Of a stretch of 64,000 bases of DNA, positions 54,826-64,000 are shown piece after piece. The notes beneath the pieces were generated by a model that saw only the letters and a list, made by a program, of their open reading frames with translations, was not told where the DNA came from and did no database searches. The stretch lies in NCBI GenBank assembly GCA_977020255.1, contig CDROCS010003840.1, forward strand, positions 124,001-188,000. Reading direction: 5' to 3'. Source of the stretch: Obrimoposthia wandeli (taxonomy: Eukaryota). The translations under genes and the position numbers were made by a program. Each line of letters starts with the position of its first letter. Within the stretch, counting starts at the first letter, position 1.

Positions 54826-55002
54826 ATGGGTAAATTTCTGTATGTTTATCTGCTCGGTATGTTAATGGTTGGTTGTACTAGCACGACAGCCTCTCATCAA
54901 CCTGATCATCAGTTTCGTCAACAATATATGGAACTCTATAGAACAATGGAGATGACCCCAAAGACATACCCAATTCTTATTCTACAGCCGAGTGAAGCAT
55001 GA
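54826..55002 (+). CDS. Candidate 58-aa lipoprotein (not in ORF track)
   Basis: MGKFLYVYLLGMLMVG-C lipoprotein-like signal; hairpin plus T tract at about 55030-55058. Confidence 0.55.
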   Translation: MGKFLYVYLLGMLMVGCTSTTASHQPDHQFRQQYMELYRTMEMTPKTYPILILQPSEA

Positions 55003-55317
55003 TCGGGGGGGGTAGAGCCACTCGTCAAATTAAAGAGAGCCTGAGGGTTCTTTTTTTATGGCAAGTTAGGTCATAAAATGGGGAAGAATAAAGAATGCTG
55101 ATATTGGCGTAATATCAGCATTACTAACCATGATAGCATCGTAAATTGTACGGTATTTACCAATACACACGCCTTCATCTTTTTGGTTGAATTATTCGTC
55201 CAAAGTGTAAACGTTACTTGAATATTCAGTTTGGGAAGAAGAGAAAACTCCGATACTATCATCCTGCCAAATAGTTTCGGGTATGGGCATCATGACCCAA
55301 TAAATAAGGAATTCCCC

Positions 55318-56520
55318 ATGATCATTGAACCAGTAGTAAAAGGGGTTGTTGCACGTTCAGCGCATCCATTTGGTTGCCAGCAGGCCATCCGCAACCAGAT
55401 CAACTATGTGAGATCGGCAGACCCTGTTACTGATGGGCCGAAAAAAGTATTGGTACTCGGCGCCTCGTCGGGCTTTGGTCTGGCATCTCGTATTTCACTG
55501 GCTTTTGGTGGCTCGATGGCGGATACCATTGGGGTTTCTCTCGAGCGAGGACCGAGTGAAAAAGGCGTAGGCACTGCGGGTTGGTATAATAATATTTTCT
55601 TTCGAGAAGACGCTGAAAAAGCGGGCTTAATTGGCAAAAACTTTATTGGTGATGCCTTCTCGCTACAAATGCGCCAACAGGTTATTGATTATATAAAGAC
55701 AGAGTTTGGTGGCCAGCTTGATTTGGTTGTATATAGCTTGGCAACGGGAGTACGGCCGAACCCTGAAACTGGGGAGCTATGGCGTTCGTCAATCAAAACC
55801 ATGGGGGAGCCTGTAACAGGGCCGACTATAAACATCGAAACCGACACCATGGAGCAGATGACGATTGGTACCGCGACACCTGAAGAAGTCGAAGACACTG
55901 AAAAGGTGATGGGCGGAGAGGACTGGACGAGCTGGATTGATATTTTGTCTGAAGCGGGTGTTCTGGCGACTGGCTGTAAAACGGTAGCCTATTCGTATGT
56001 TGGCCCTAAAGCGACGTATCCCATTTATCATCAAGGGACGCTAGGTAAAGCAAAGGCGCATTTGCATGCAACAGCCGATCAGCTTAATGAAAAAATGGCT
56101 GAAATGGGTGGTGAGGCTTATGTGTCTGTCTGCAAAGCGTTAGTCACTAAAGCCAGTGTTTTTATTCCTGCTTTTTCACCCTATATTCTAGCGTTGTTTA
56201 AAGTAATGAAAGACAAAGGTGTGCATGAAGGGTGCATTGAGCAGATGCAGCGACTCTATGCTCAGCGTCTTTACGGAAACGACAAAATGGTACCCGTTGA
56301 TGACAGCCGTTTGATCCGTGTTGATGATTGGGAGTTAGAGGACGACATTCAGCAGCAAGTGAGTGAGTTAATGGCAAAAATTACCCCTGAAAATTTCACC
56401 ACAATGGGGGATTACCAAGGCTATAAAGCCGACTTTATGCAGCTAAATGGCTTCGGTTTAGAGGGGGTTGATTATCAAGCGGATATTGACTTTGAAACGC
56501 TAACGCAATTAGTCGCATAA
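55318..56520 (+). CDS. fabV: FabV-family enoyl-ACP / trans-2-enoyl-CoA reductase
   Basis: LGASSGFGLASRI, LVVYSLA, Y-X8-K (YHQGTLGKAK) and KALVTKAS motifs. ATG at 55318 follows AAGGA. Confidence 0.88.
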   Translation: MIIEPVVKGVVARSAHPFGCQQAIRNQINYVRSADPVTDGPKKVLVLGASSGFGLASRISLAFGGSMADTIGVSLERGPSEKGVGTAGWYNNIFFREDAEKAGLIGKNFIGDAFSLQMRQQVIDYIKTEFGGQLDLVVYSLATGVRPNPETGELWRSSIKTMGEPVTGPTINIETDTMEQMTIGTATPEEVEDTEKVMGGEDWTSWIDILSEAGVLATGCKTVAYSYVGPKATYPIYHQGTLGKAKAHLHATADQLNEKMAEMGGEAYVSVCKALVTKASVFIPAFSPYILALFKVMKDKGVHEGCIEQMQRLYAQRLYGNDKMVPVDDSRLIRVDDWELEDDIQQQVSELMAKITPENFTTMGDYQGYKADFMQLNGFGLEGVDYQADIDFETLTQLVA

Positions 56521-57474
56521 ATGCATAAGGATCATGAAATGCGTCAAGTCAGTGAAAAATTACAGCCATGGCTTGAAGATTTTAACCAGCAAGTAGCAGT
56601 ATTAATTGAAAATGGTTTCAAACCAACTGCAATCAATGCCCGTGAAGGGTTAGCCAATCTAACTAAAGGTTTGGTTACGAATATTCCCGCTATTGCTTGG
56701 GTGCAAGATGATGTAGTCATCAATGATGAATACACTGTACCAGTACGTATTTACCATCCTGCACCAGAGCAGGCTTTACCTGTTTTGGTTTATTGCCATG
56801 GTGGTGGGCATATGGCTGGCAGTATTACGGTTTATGATCCTATTTGTCGCAAGCTAGCTAATGCAACCCAACATATCGTGGTTGCTGTCGACTACCGACT
56901 GGCGCCAGAATGCCCGTACCCGGCGGGTGTGAATGATGCTTATGCGGTTGTGAAAAACGTTTGGACGACATTGGATAGTCGTCAACTCCAGTACCAACGA
57001 AAATTAGTGATTGCAGGTGATTCTGGTGGTGGGGCGCTGGTCGCAACGGTAAGTGGTCAGGCACAATTTGATGACACAGTGAATATTGCTAAGCAAGTGA
57101 TGATCTACCCAAGCCTTGACTACACCATGGACTCCGACTCGATGGAACAAAATGCACTCGGGTATTTGCTTCAGAAAAGCAAGATAGCGTGGTATTTCGA
57201 TAACTATTTACAAAACAACGAAGATCGCCATCTAGTGTCTCCGTTATGTGGTCGCTTTACTTCTGCATTACCAGAAACCTTACTATTTACTGCTGAGTTT
57301 TGCCCGCTTCGTGATGATGGGGTGAGTTATTGTGAAAAAGCGAAAGCGGCGGGAGTACAGGTTGAACACATGCATTTCCCTGACATGATCCACACCTTTA
57401 TGAATATGGAAAATTTGGTCAAAGAAGAGTGCGCTCAAGTCTACCAAACCATTGCCCGTTTTCTTCGCACATAA
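56521..57474 (+). CDS. HSL-family alpha/beta hydrolase (esterase/lipase)
   Basis: HGGG, DYRLAPE and GDSGG motifs; abuts the fabV stop (TAAATG). Confidence 0.88.
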   Translation: MHKDHEMRQVSEKLQPWLEDFNQQVAVLIENGFKPTAINAREGLANLTKGLVTNIPAIAWVQDDVVINDEYTVPVRIYHPAPEQALPVLVYCHGGGHMAGSITVYDPICRKLANATQHIVVAVDYRLAPECPYPAGVNDAYAVVKNVWTTLDSRQLQYQRKLVIAGDSGGGALVATVSGQAQFDDTVNIAKQVMIYPSLDYTMDSDSMEQNALGYLLQKSKIAWYFDNYLQNNEDRHLVSPLCGRFTSALPETLLFTAEFCPLRDDGVSYCEKAKAAGVQVEHMHFPDMIHTFMNMENLVKEECAQVYQTIARFLRT

Positions 57475-57512
57475 GCGCTGTATTAAGTCATAGATCTTAA
57501 CTGCTTCCAATA

Positions 57513-60191
57513 TCAGACAGCGGTTAAAACAATACATTCTTCATCCAATATTTGTTGTAGCTCTGGCACACAGCTTCCGCAACCTGTTCCTGCTTTTGTA
57601 CATGCGCTTATTTGTTCAACAGAAGTTAGGTTCTGCTCTTTAATGGCTTGGCTAATCGTATTTTTTCCAACTTGTTTACACGCACAAATTGTTTTACCCG
57701 CGGCTAATTTACCTTCAGCTGTACCCGATATAAGCGATAGTTCGACAGAAGTATCGATAGGCCCATCTAATAGATTTTGTAGCCAATCTAAATCTTGTTG
57801 CTGTAAGTCGTTAGCGACTAGATAGCAACTGCGTAAATGTTGTTTCTCAATATTAGCGTAGCGATATTGTCCGTTACTCGCCCCATTGAAACTCAATTCA
57901 CGCCCATTTTCATGTTGGCAATATTGTGAAAGGCGCAGCATTAATTGTTCTGGTAATAAACAACTGGCGATTCGGTATAGATACCCCCCCGTTACTTTCT
58001 GACGTACCCAATAATCAAACTCGGAAATATCAAGAACCGTGCTGGATAGCAGCAGGGCTTCACTTTTATAAGCGAAAGAGGAAATAGATACAGGGGTAAA
58101 TTTGAACTCAGGTTGACCAGATATATCGTCTGTTTTTGGACTTATTAAGTTACAGACTTTACCCGCACTGGATGTGACATTATTCCAATGTATTGGCATA
58201 AAGAGCTGCCCTTGGCGAACCTGTTTTGATATATCAACCCGTACCTGAGCACTTCCGAATGGGCTAGTGAGTGTGGCTATTGTGCCGTGTTGTAACGCAT
58301 AATGTTCAGCATCCGTCGGGTTAACGGATACAAAAGGCTCTGGTTTATGTGCACCTAAACGTGCTGATAGCCCTGTTCGCGTCATGGTGTGCCATTGATC
58401 GCGAATACGACCACTGTTTAACGACAAAGGGTAGTCAGTACCACATTGTAAGGCGGTTGGTTGGTGTTGTACGGCAATGAACTGCGCTTTTCCTGACGGG
58501 GTAAAAAATCGACCATCAGCGAAGAGCCGCTTGTGAATGATTTCTTGGTCAATATTTAGAACGGGCCACTGCTGTGGAGATAATTGTGAATATTGTTCAG
58601 TGGTTAGGTGAGCGAGCCCCGTTAAGTTTAAATCACGTTTGGCATTATCGAGCCCCGTCATGATGGCATATTCATCAAAAATCTCGGCTTCATGCTGATA
58701 AGTAAATGCCTTAACAAAGCCCATCGATTTTGCGATTTCACTGATTATCCACCAATCAGGTTTACCTTCACCTAGGGTCGGTAATAAGCGTCGTTGACGT
58801 GATATACGACGTTCTGAATTGGTGACAGTGCCCGATTTTTCACTCCAACCTTGTGCTGGTAAAAGTACATCAGCACAACGCGTAGTATCGGTATCTGCAA
58901 TGCAATCAGACACTACAACTAACGGACATTTTTTGAGTGCGCGCTTAATTTTTTCTGCATCTGGTAAGCTTACTACAGGGTTTGTAGCCATTATCCAAAT
59001 TGCTTTAATTTTACCATTATCAATTGCATCAAATAGCTCGATGGCTTTTAGACCGGGCTGAGTGGCAAGTGAATCTGTTTGCCAATAGTCGCTGATTAAT
59101 TGGTGATGTGTTGGGTTACCAAAATCCATGTGTGACGCTAAGGTATTGGCCAGCCCACCGACCTCACGTCCACCCATCGCGTTAGGCTGACCGGTAACAG
59201 AAAACGGTCCCGATCCCGGTTTTCCTATTTGGCCCGTCGCAAGGTGACAGTTTAAAATACTGTTTACTTTATCTGTGCCGTGAATCGATTGATTGACCCC
59301 TTGTGAATATAGGGTAACGACCTTTTCCGTTCTAGCATACAAGTGATAAAAAGCGTGTAATTGCTCAATAGATAAACCCGTTTTTTCGGCAACCGTTGCA
59401 ATATCGCCAGCATCTTTATTAGCACGCTCTACTGCCTGTTCGAAACCTTCGGTATGTGTGTTGATATAAGGGTTATTCAGCTGGTGGTGTTGGTGAAGGT
59501 AGCTGAGTAAACCGTTAAACAAAGCCACGTCAGATCCCGCTTTTAATGCTAAGTGCTGATTGGCTATTTCACAGGTATCGGTTTTTCTTGGATCGATAAC
59601 GATCACCTGTAGATTGGGGCGGCGTTGTTTTTCAGCTTTAATACGCTGGTATAAAACAGGGTGGCACCACGCAAGGTTTGATCCTGTAATAACGATCATA
59701 TTGGCAAGTTCAAGATCTTCATAACAGCCTGGTACGGTGTCAGAACCAAACGCCCGTTTATGCCCTGCAACACTGGATGACATACAAAGGCGTGAATTGG
59801 TATCGATATTGCCAGTGCCAATGAAGCCTTTCATCAATTTATTCGCGACATAATAATCTTCAGTTAATAGCTGCCCTGAAACATAAAAAGCGACCGCCTC
59901 TTTTCCATGTTGTTCAATAATTTCAGAAAACTGTGTTGCCACGTGTTTAATCGCACTGCTCCAATCAACTTGATGACCATTGATTGATGGATATTGTAGG
60001 CGTCCTTCATGCGTAACGGTTTCGCCAAGCGCGAGTCCTTTTGAACATAAACGCCCATAGTTTGCTGGGTGATCAGCATCGCCTCGAATATCGAGTTGAC
60101 CGCTTGCAGTAGGCTTCGCTTCAATGCCACATCCTACACCACAATATGCACAAGTACTTTTAACCCAAGGGGTGACTTTGTTTATTGCCAC
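57513..60191 (-). CDS. nasA: Assimilatory nitrate reductase catalytic subunit (NasA/NasC type)
   Basis: CAYCGVGC...LCSKG 4Fe-4S motif, DTNSRLCM, GQPNAMGGRE and C-terminal BFD-like CAC...CGSC. Confidence 0.92.
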   Translation of the reverse strand: MAINKVTPWVKSTCAYCGVGCGIEAKPTASGQLDIRGDADHPANYGRLCSKGLALGETVTHEGRLQYPSINGHQVDWSSAIKHVATQFSEIIEQHGKEAVAFYVSGQLLTEDYYVANKLMKGFIGTGNIDTNSRLCMSSSVAGHKRAFGSDTVPGCYEDLELANMIVITGSNLAWCHPVLYQRIKAEKQRRPNLQVIVIDPRKTDTCEIANQHLALKAGSDVALFNGLLSYLHQHHQLNNPYINTHTEGFEQAVERANKDAGDIATVAEKTGLSIEQLHAFYHLYARTEKVVTLYSQGVNQSIHGTDKVNSILNCHLATGQIGKPGSGPFSVTGQPNAMGGREVGGLANTLASHMDFGNPTHHQLISDYWQTDSLATQPGLKAIELFDAIDNGKIKAIWIMATNPVVSLPDAEKIKRALKKCPLVVVSDCIADTDTTRCADVLLPAQGWSEKSGTVTNSERRISRQRRLLPTLGEGKPDWWIISEIAKSMGFVKAFTYQHEAEIFDEYAIMTGLDNAKRDLNLTGLAHLTTEQYSQLSPQQWPVLNIDQEIIHKRLFADGRFFTPSGKAQFIAVQHQPTALQCGTDYPLSLNSGRIRDQWHTMTRTGLSARLGAHKPEPFVSVNPTDAEHYALQHGTIATLTSPFGSAQVRVDISKQVRQGQLFMPIHWNNVTSSAGKVCNLISPKTDDISGQPEFKFTPVSISSFAYKSEALLLSSTVLDISEFDYWVRQKVTGGYLYRIASCLLPEQLMLRLSQYCQHENGRELSFNGASNGQYRYANIEKQHLRSCYLVANDLQQQDLDWLQNLLDGPIDTSVELSLISGTAEGKLAAGKTICACKQVGKNTISQAIKEQNLTSVEQISACTKAGTGCGSCVPELQQILDEECIVLTAV

Positions 60192-60271
60192 AATCCTTCT
60201 CCTTAGCGTATTAAGCTTCCTATCTCTGGTTATATAGCTCGGTTATATAGCTCAGTTATATAATGGGCAAA

Positions 60272-60286
60272 GCAATAAATATGCCA
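60272..60286 (-). promoter_or_regulatory. Sigma-54 promoter for nasA
   Basis: Minus strand TGGCAT-ATTTA-TTGC (-24/-12). Confidence 0.8.
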
Positions 60287-60425
60287 GTTTGAAATAAGTT
60301 AGAAAACGCATGAAAAAGAAAGTGTTAAGTCTTATTAAACAATGTCTTGCAGATTAATCCGCTTGCAGGTGTGGTTTTTGCGATGCCTCCTGCTACCACT
60401 AATGGGTTATTCCGTTGAAATTCGG

Positions 60426-60462
60426 TGCTTTATTCTGGTGTCTCGCGCACTCATTTTGTGCA
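60426..60462. promoter_or_regulatory. Tandem NtrC-like enhancer sites
   Basis: TGCTTTATTCTGGTGTC and CGCACTCATTTTGTGCA against TGCACCA-N3-TGGTGCA; 20 bp apart. Confidence 0.6.
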
Positions 60463-60593
60463 ACAGCCCTTTATTTGGAAGGGTTCAATGAGTAATGAAA
60501 AAGAGGTTAAAAGGTCATTACCATGTAGATTATGTTTTTAATTAATTGAAATATAATGATTTTATTTGGTTGTAGAATTTAAAGGCTCACTAC

Positions 60594-60608
60594 TGGCACT
60601 CTCTTTGC
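60594..60608 (+). promoter_or_regulatory. Sigma-54 promoter for cobA-nirB
   Basis: TGGCAC-TCTCT-TTGC, perfect -24/-12. Confidence 0.85.
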
Positions 60609-60655
60609 TGTAGCTCAACTCATAGCAAGCATGGAAGCGTAAGAGGAATTGAGTT

Positions 60656-61492
60656 ATGTCGAATAAATCGCCTACAAATAGCATTGTTAACTTTGCTGCC
60701 GTCACAGCTAAAGAAAGCCCATTTTCAGGAAAAGTTAGCTTAGTGGGTGCTGGTCCGGGAGATCCTGATTTACTTACCTTAAAAGCCCTAAGGGTTATTC
60801 AGCAGGCAGATCTGATCTTGTTTGATCGCTTGGTGAGCAAAGAGATCTGTCAGCTATTCCCTCCTTCAACCCCTGCATTGTATGTGGGAAAGGCCAAAGA
60901 TCGTCACAGCGTACCTCAAGCTGAAATAAATGATCTTCTCGTGACTAAAGCCCAGCAAGGCTTAAATATTTGCCGCCTTAAAGGAGGTGATGCGTTTGTG
61001 TTTGGGCGTGGCGGTGAAGAAATGCTGCGTTTAATACAAGAAGATATCGAGGTCGAACTTGTTCCCGGTATTACTGCTGCAGCAGGGTGCACCAGTTATG
61101 CGGGTATTCCATTGACTCACCGCGGCTTGTCGCAAGGTTGTACGTTTGTGACAGCACATGCAGAGAAAGCACTCGATATTCGTTGGAACAGCTTAGCGCA
61201 GCTTGATCATACCTTGGTGTTTTATATGGGGCTGAGTAAAGCAAGTTTGATTTCAGAAGAACTCATCAAGTCAGGCTTAGATAGCAATACGCCAGCCGCC
61301 TTAATCGAAAATGGATGCTGCCCGAAGCAACGTGTCGTCCGCGGTAAGCTGAACCAACTCGCAGAATTAGTCGCAGAGCATGACGTTAAATCCCCCGCCT
61401 TAATAGTGATTGGCAAAGTGGTGAATCTGGCGGATCAGCTTCAATGGTTTGCGACAAAAGATCACCAGAAAGTTGAACGCCTGATGGCGTAA
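60656..61492 (+). CDS. cobA: Uroporphyrinogen-III C-methyltransferase (siroheme synthesis)
   Basis: LVGAGPGDPDLLT, RLKGGD..VFGRGGEE and VPGITAA motifs. Confidence 0.92.
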   Translation: MSNKSPTNSIVNFAAVTAKESPFSGKVSLVGAGPGDPDLLTLKALRVIQQADLILFDRLVSKEICQLFPPSTPALYVGKAKDRHSVPQAEINDLLVTKAQQGLNICRLKGGDAFVFGRGGEEMLRLIQEDIEVELVPGITAAAGCTSYAGIPLTHRGLSQGCTFVTAHAEKALDIRWNSLAQLDHTLVFYMGLSKASLISEELIKSGLDSNTPAALIENGCCPKQRVVRGKLNQLAELVAEHDVKSPALIVIGKVVNLADQLQWFATKDHQKVERLMA

Positions 61493-61540
61493 TTCGCTGA
61501 TTTATTTAAAGTGTTTTTAGAGAAATAGAGAGGATACAAC

Positions 61541-64000
61541 ATGGATAAGCAGCGTATTGTTGTGGTTGGAAACGGGATGGTTGGACACAAGTTTATCGAC
61601 ACATTAGTGCAGGATGCCAGTGCCGATAAATTTGATATTGTTACTTTTTCTGAAGAAGCACGACTCGCCTATGACCGCGTAAAATTGAGTGCCTATTTTT
61701 CAGGTACAACAGCAGATGAATTGGCATTAACCGATGAAGGGTATTATCAACAACACGGGGTTAACTTTGTGTTGAGCGATAAAGTTGTCGCGTTAGATAC
61801 AGTCAACAATTACGTGGTTACCGAAAGTGGCCGCCAAGAACCCTATGATAAGTTAATTCTGGCGACAGGTTCATACCCTTTTGTGCCGCCTATTCCAGGG
61901 AATGACCAGCCGCATTGTTTGGTATATCGCACCATTGAAGATCTTGAGGCAATTACAGAATCAGGTAAAGACAGCCAAGTCGGTGTGGTGATTGGTGGTG
62001 GTTTACTGGGGTTAGAAGCGGCAAATGCACTGAAGCACCTAGGCGTTGAAACCCATGTTGTTGAGTTTGCTCCGCGCTTGATGGCGGTGCAATTAGATGA
62101 TGGTGGCGCACGATTACTGCAACGAAAAATTGAGCAGCTTGATGTTCAGGTACATACCGAAAAAGCGACCACAGAAATCGTGGCAGGTGAAACGTGTCGT
62201 TACCGCATGAACTTTGCTGATGGCAGCTTTCTTGAAACCGATATGATCGTATTTTCGGCAGGTATACGCCCTCAAGATGAATTAGCGCGTCAATATGATT
62301 TAGAGGTGGGTGAACGTGGCGGAATTGTGATTAACGATAACTGCCAAACGAGTGTCGACAATGTTTACGCCGTTGGTGAGTGTGCCCTTTGGCAAGGACG
62401 AATCTTTGGTTTAGTCGCACCAGGTTACAGCATGGCTAAAGCTGCGGTTTCACATATCTGTGGTGGTTCGGGGTCATTTATCGGTGCAGATATGAGCACC
62501 AAGTTGAAGCTGCTAGGCGTCGATGTTGCCAGTATCGGTGATGCACATGGGCAAACAGAAGGGGCGCAATCTTACACCTTTAACGATGAAGTTGAGCAAA
62601 TATACAAACGTCTTATTATATCAAAAGACGGTAACAAGATATTAGGCGCAGTATTAGTTGGCGATGTTGATGCCTACGGCACGTTACTGCAAATTATGCT
62701 CAACGATATGGAATTACCAGACAACCCTGCCGCATTAATATTACCAACGGTTGATGGCGAAGCAAGTATCGGCTTTGGTGTTGATGCCTTGCCCGATTCA
62801 GCCCAAGTCTGTTCATGTTTTGATGTAACCAAAGGGCAGATTAAAGAGGCTGTCGCTAATGGCTGTACTGATATGGCAAGCATCAAAGGCACAACCAAAG
62901 CGTCGTCAGGTTGTGGCGGCTGTACTGGGTTGGCAAAGCAAGTGCTAGAGGCGGAATTAGCGAGCCTTGGTTTTGAGGTGAAAAATGATATTTGTGAGCA
63001 CTTTGCTTATTCGCGAAAAGAACTGGCCGACATTATTCGCATTAAGGAAATAAAGACGTTTGATGAATTGCTAGCAAGCCACGGCGAAGGGCTTGGTTGT
63101 GAAGTCTGTAAGCCGACTGTAGGGTCAATATTAGCTTCATTTTGGAATGATTATGTATTAGATAATCAACATATTGGGCTGCAAGACACTAACGATATAT
63201 TTCTTGGCAACATGCAAAAAGATGGTACGTATTCGGTGGTTCCGCGTATTGCTGGTGGAGAAATAACGCCAGAGAAATTAATTGTACTAGGGCAGGTAGC
63301 GCAAGAGTTTAATCTTTATACCAAAATAACGGGCGGGCAACGCATTGACTTATTTGGTGCACAATTGCATGAACTGCCGAGTATTTGGAAAAAACTCATT
63401 GATGTGGGTTTTGAAACCGGCCATGCCTATGGCAAATCACTGCGTACCGTGAAATCGTGTGTTGGTAGCACATGGTGTCGTTATGGTGTTAAAGACAGTG
63501 TGGGTTTTGCGATAGAAATTGAAAACCGTTACAAAGGATTACGTGCCCCGCATAAGATCAAGTTTGGTGTCTCTGGTTGTACCCGCGAATGCGCAGAAGC
63601 ACAGTCGAAAGATGTCGGTATTATCGCGACAGAAAATGGTTGGAATCTGTATGTGTGCGGCAATGGTGGTATGCGTCCGCGTCATGCTGACCTCTTTGCA
63701 TCAGATTTAGATGATAAAACCTTACAACAATATGTTGACCGATTCTTGATGTTTTATATTCGCACCGCTGATCGATTACAGCGAACATCGGTATGGCTAG
63801 AGAATGTAGACGGCGGGCTAGATTACCTTAAAGAAGTCATTATTGATGATAAATTAGGGCTAGCAGAAGAGCTTGAAAATGAAATGGCACGTAATATCCA
63901 AAACTATCAATGTGAATGGAAAACAACCATTGAGTCATCTGAAAAACTCAAACGTTTCCAGCATTTTATTAATAGTTCTGATCCTGATAATAAGCTTTCT
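61541..64000 (+). CDS. nirB: NAD(P)H nitrite reductase large subunit; runs off the window and is missing from the ORF track
   Basis: MDKQRIVVVGNGMVGH, GGGLLGLEAA, CSCFDV...GCGGC, MQKDGTYSVVPR, KSCVGSTWCR and SGCTRECAE, read directly from the DNA. Confidence 0.95.
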   Translation, partial: MDKQRIVVVGNGMVGHKFIDTLVQDASADKFDIVTFSEEARLAYDRVKLSAYFSGTTADELALTDEGYYQQHGVNFVLSDKVVALDTVNNYVVTESGRQEPYDKLILATGSYPFVPPIPGNDQPHCLVYRTIEDLEAITESGKDSQVGVVIGGGLLGLEAANALKHLGVETHVVEFAPRLMAVQLDDGGARLLQRKIEQLDVQVHTEKATTEIVAGETCRYRMNFADGSFLETDMIVFSAGIRPQDELARQYDLEVGERGGIVINDNCQTSVDNVYAVGECALWQGRIFGLVAPGYSMAKAAVSHICGGSGSFIGADMSTKLKLLGVDVASIGDAHGQTEGAQSYTFNDEVEQIYKRLIISKDGNKILGAVLVGDVDAYGTLLQIMLNDMELPDNPAALILPTVDGEASIGFGVDALPDSAQVCSCFDVTKGQIKEAVANGCTDMASIKGTTKASSGCGGCTGLAKQVLEAELASLGFEVKNDICEHFAYSRKELADIIRIKEIKTFDELLASHGEGLGCEVCKPTVGSILASFWNDYVLDNQHIGLQDTNDIFLGNMQKDGTYSVVPRIAGGEITPEKLIVLGQVAQEFNLYTKITGGQRIDLFGAQLHELPSIWKKLIDVGFETGHAYGKSLRTVKSCVGSTWCRYGVKDSVGFAIEIENRYKGLRAPHKIKFGVSGCTRECAEAQSKDVGIIATENGWNLYVCGNGGMRPRHADLFASDLDDKTLQQYVDRFLMFYIRTADRLQRTSVWLENVDGGLDYLKEVIIDDKLGLAEELENEMARNIQNYQCEWKTTIESSEKLKRFQHFINSSDPDNKLS

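Overview
Mostly core chromosomal DNA of a Vibrionaceae bacterium, probably Photobacterium (inferred from gene content, synteny and composition; no search was run). Housekeeping genes: asd, sodB, grxD, a peroxiredoxin, volA/fadL-like, rnt, motY, sodA, gloA, nth, rsxABCDGE, pepE, cydABX-ybgE, ybgC-tolQRAB-pal-cpoB, nadA, alaE, pdxY, tnaAB, an MscM-like channel, a FabV-family reductase and an assimilatory nitrate/nitrite reductase cluster, plus four tRNAs. Mobile or decayed DNA: a terminator-targeted group II intron with a frameshifted RT, an ERIC-like MITE and a truncated copy, a broken cholesterol-oxidase-like gene, and an unannotated ridA remnant after tnaB. The most notable signal is absent from the ORF track: tnaA is preceded by two tandem, paralogous TnaC-like leader peptides, and only the tnaA-proximal one keeps the stalling Pro. 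Other candidates are an sORF-bearing small transcript upstream of cydA, a structured leader before nhaC, a small lipoprotein ORF and a tRNA-Ser-linked 189-bp repeat. All coordinates, alignments and folds were done by eye.
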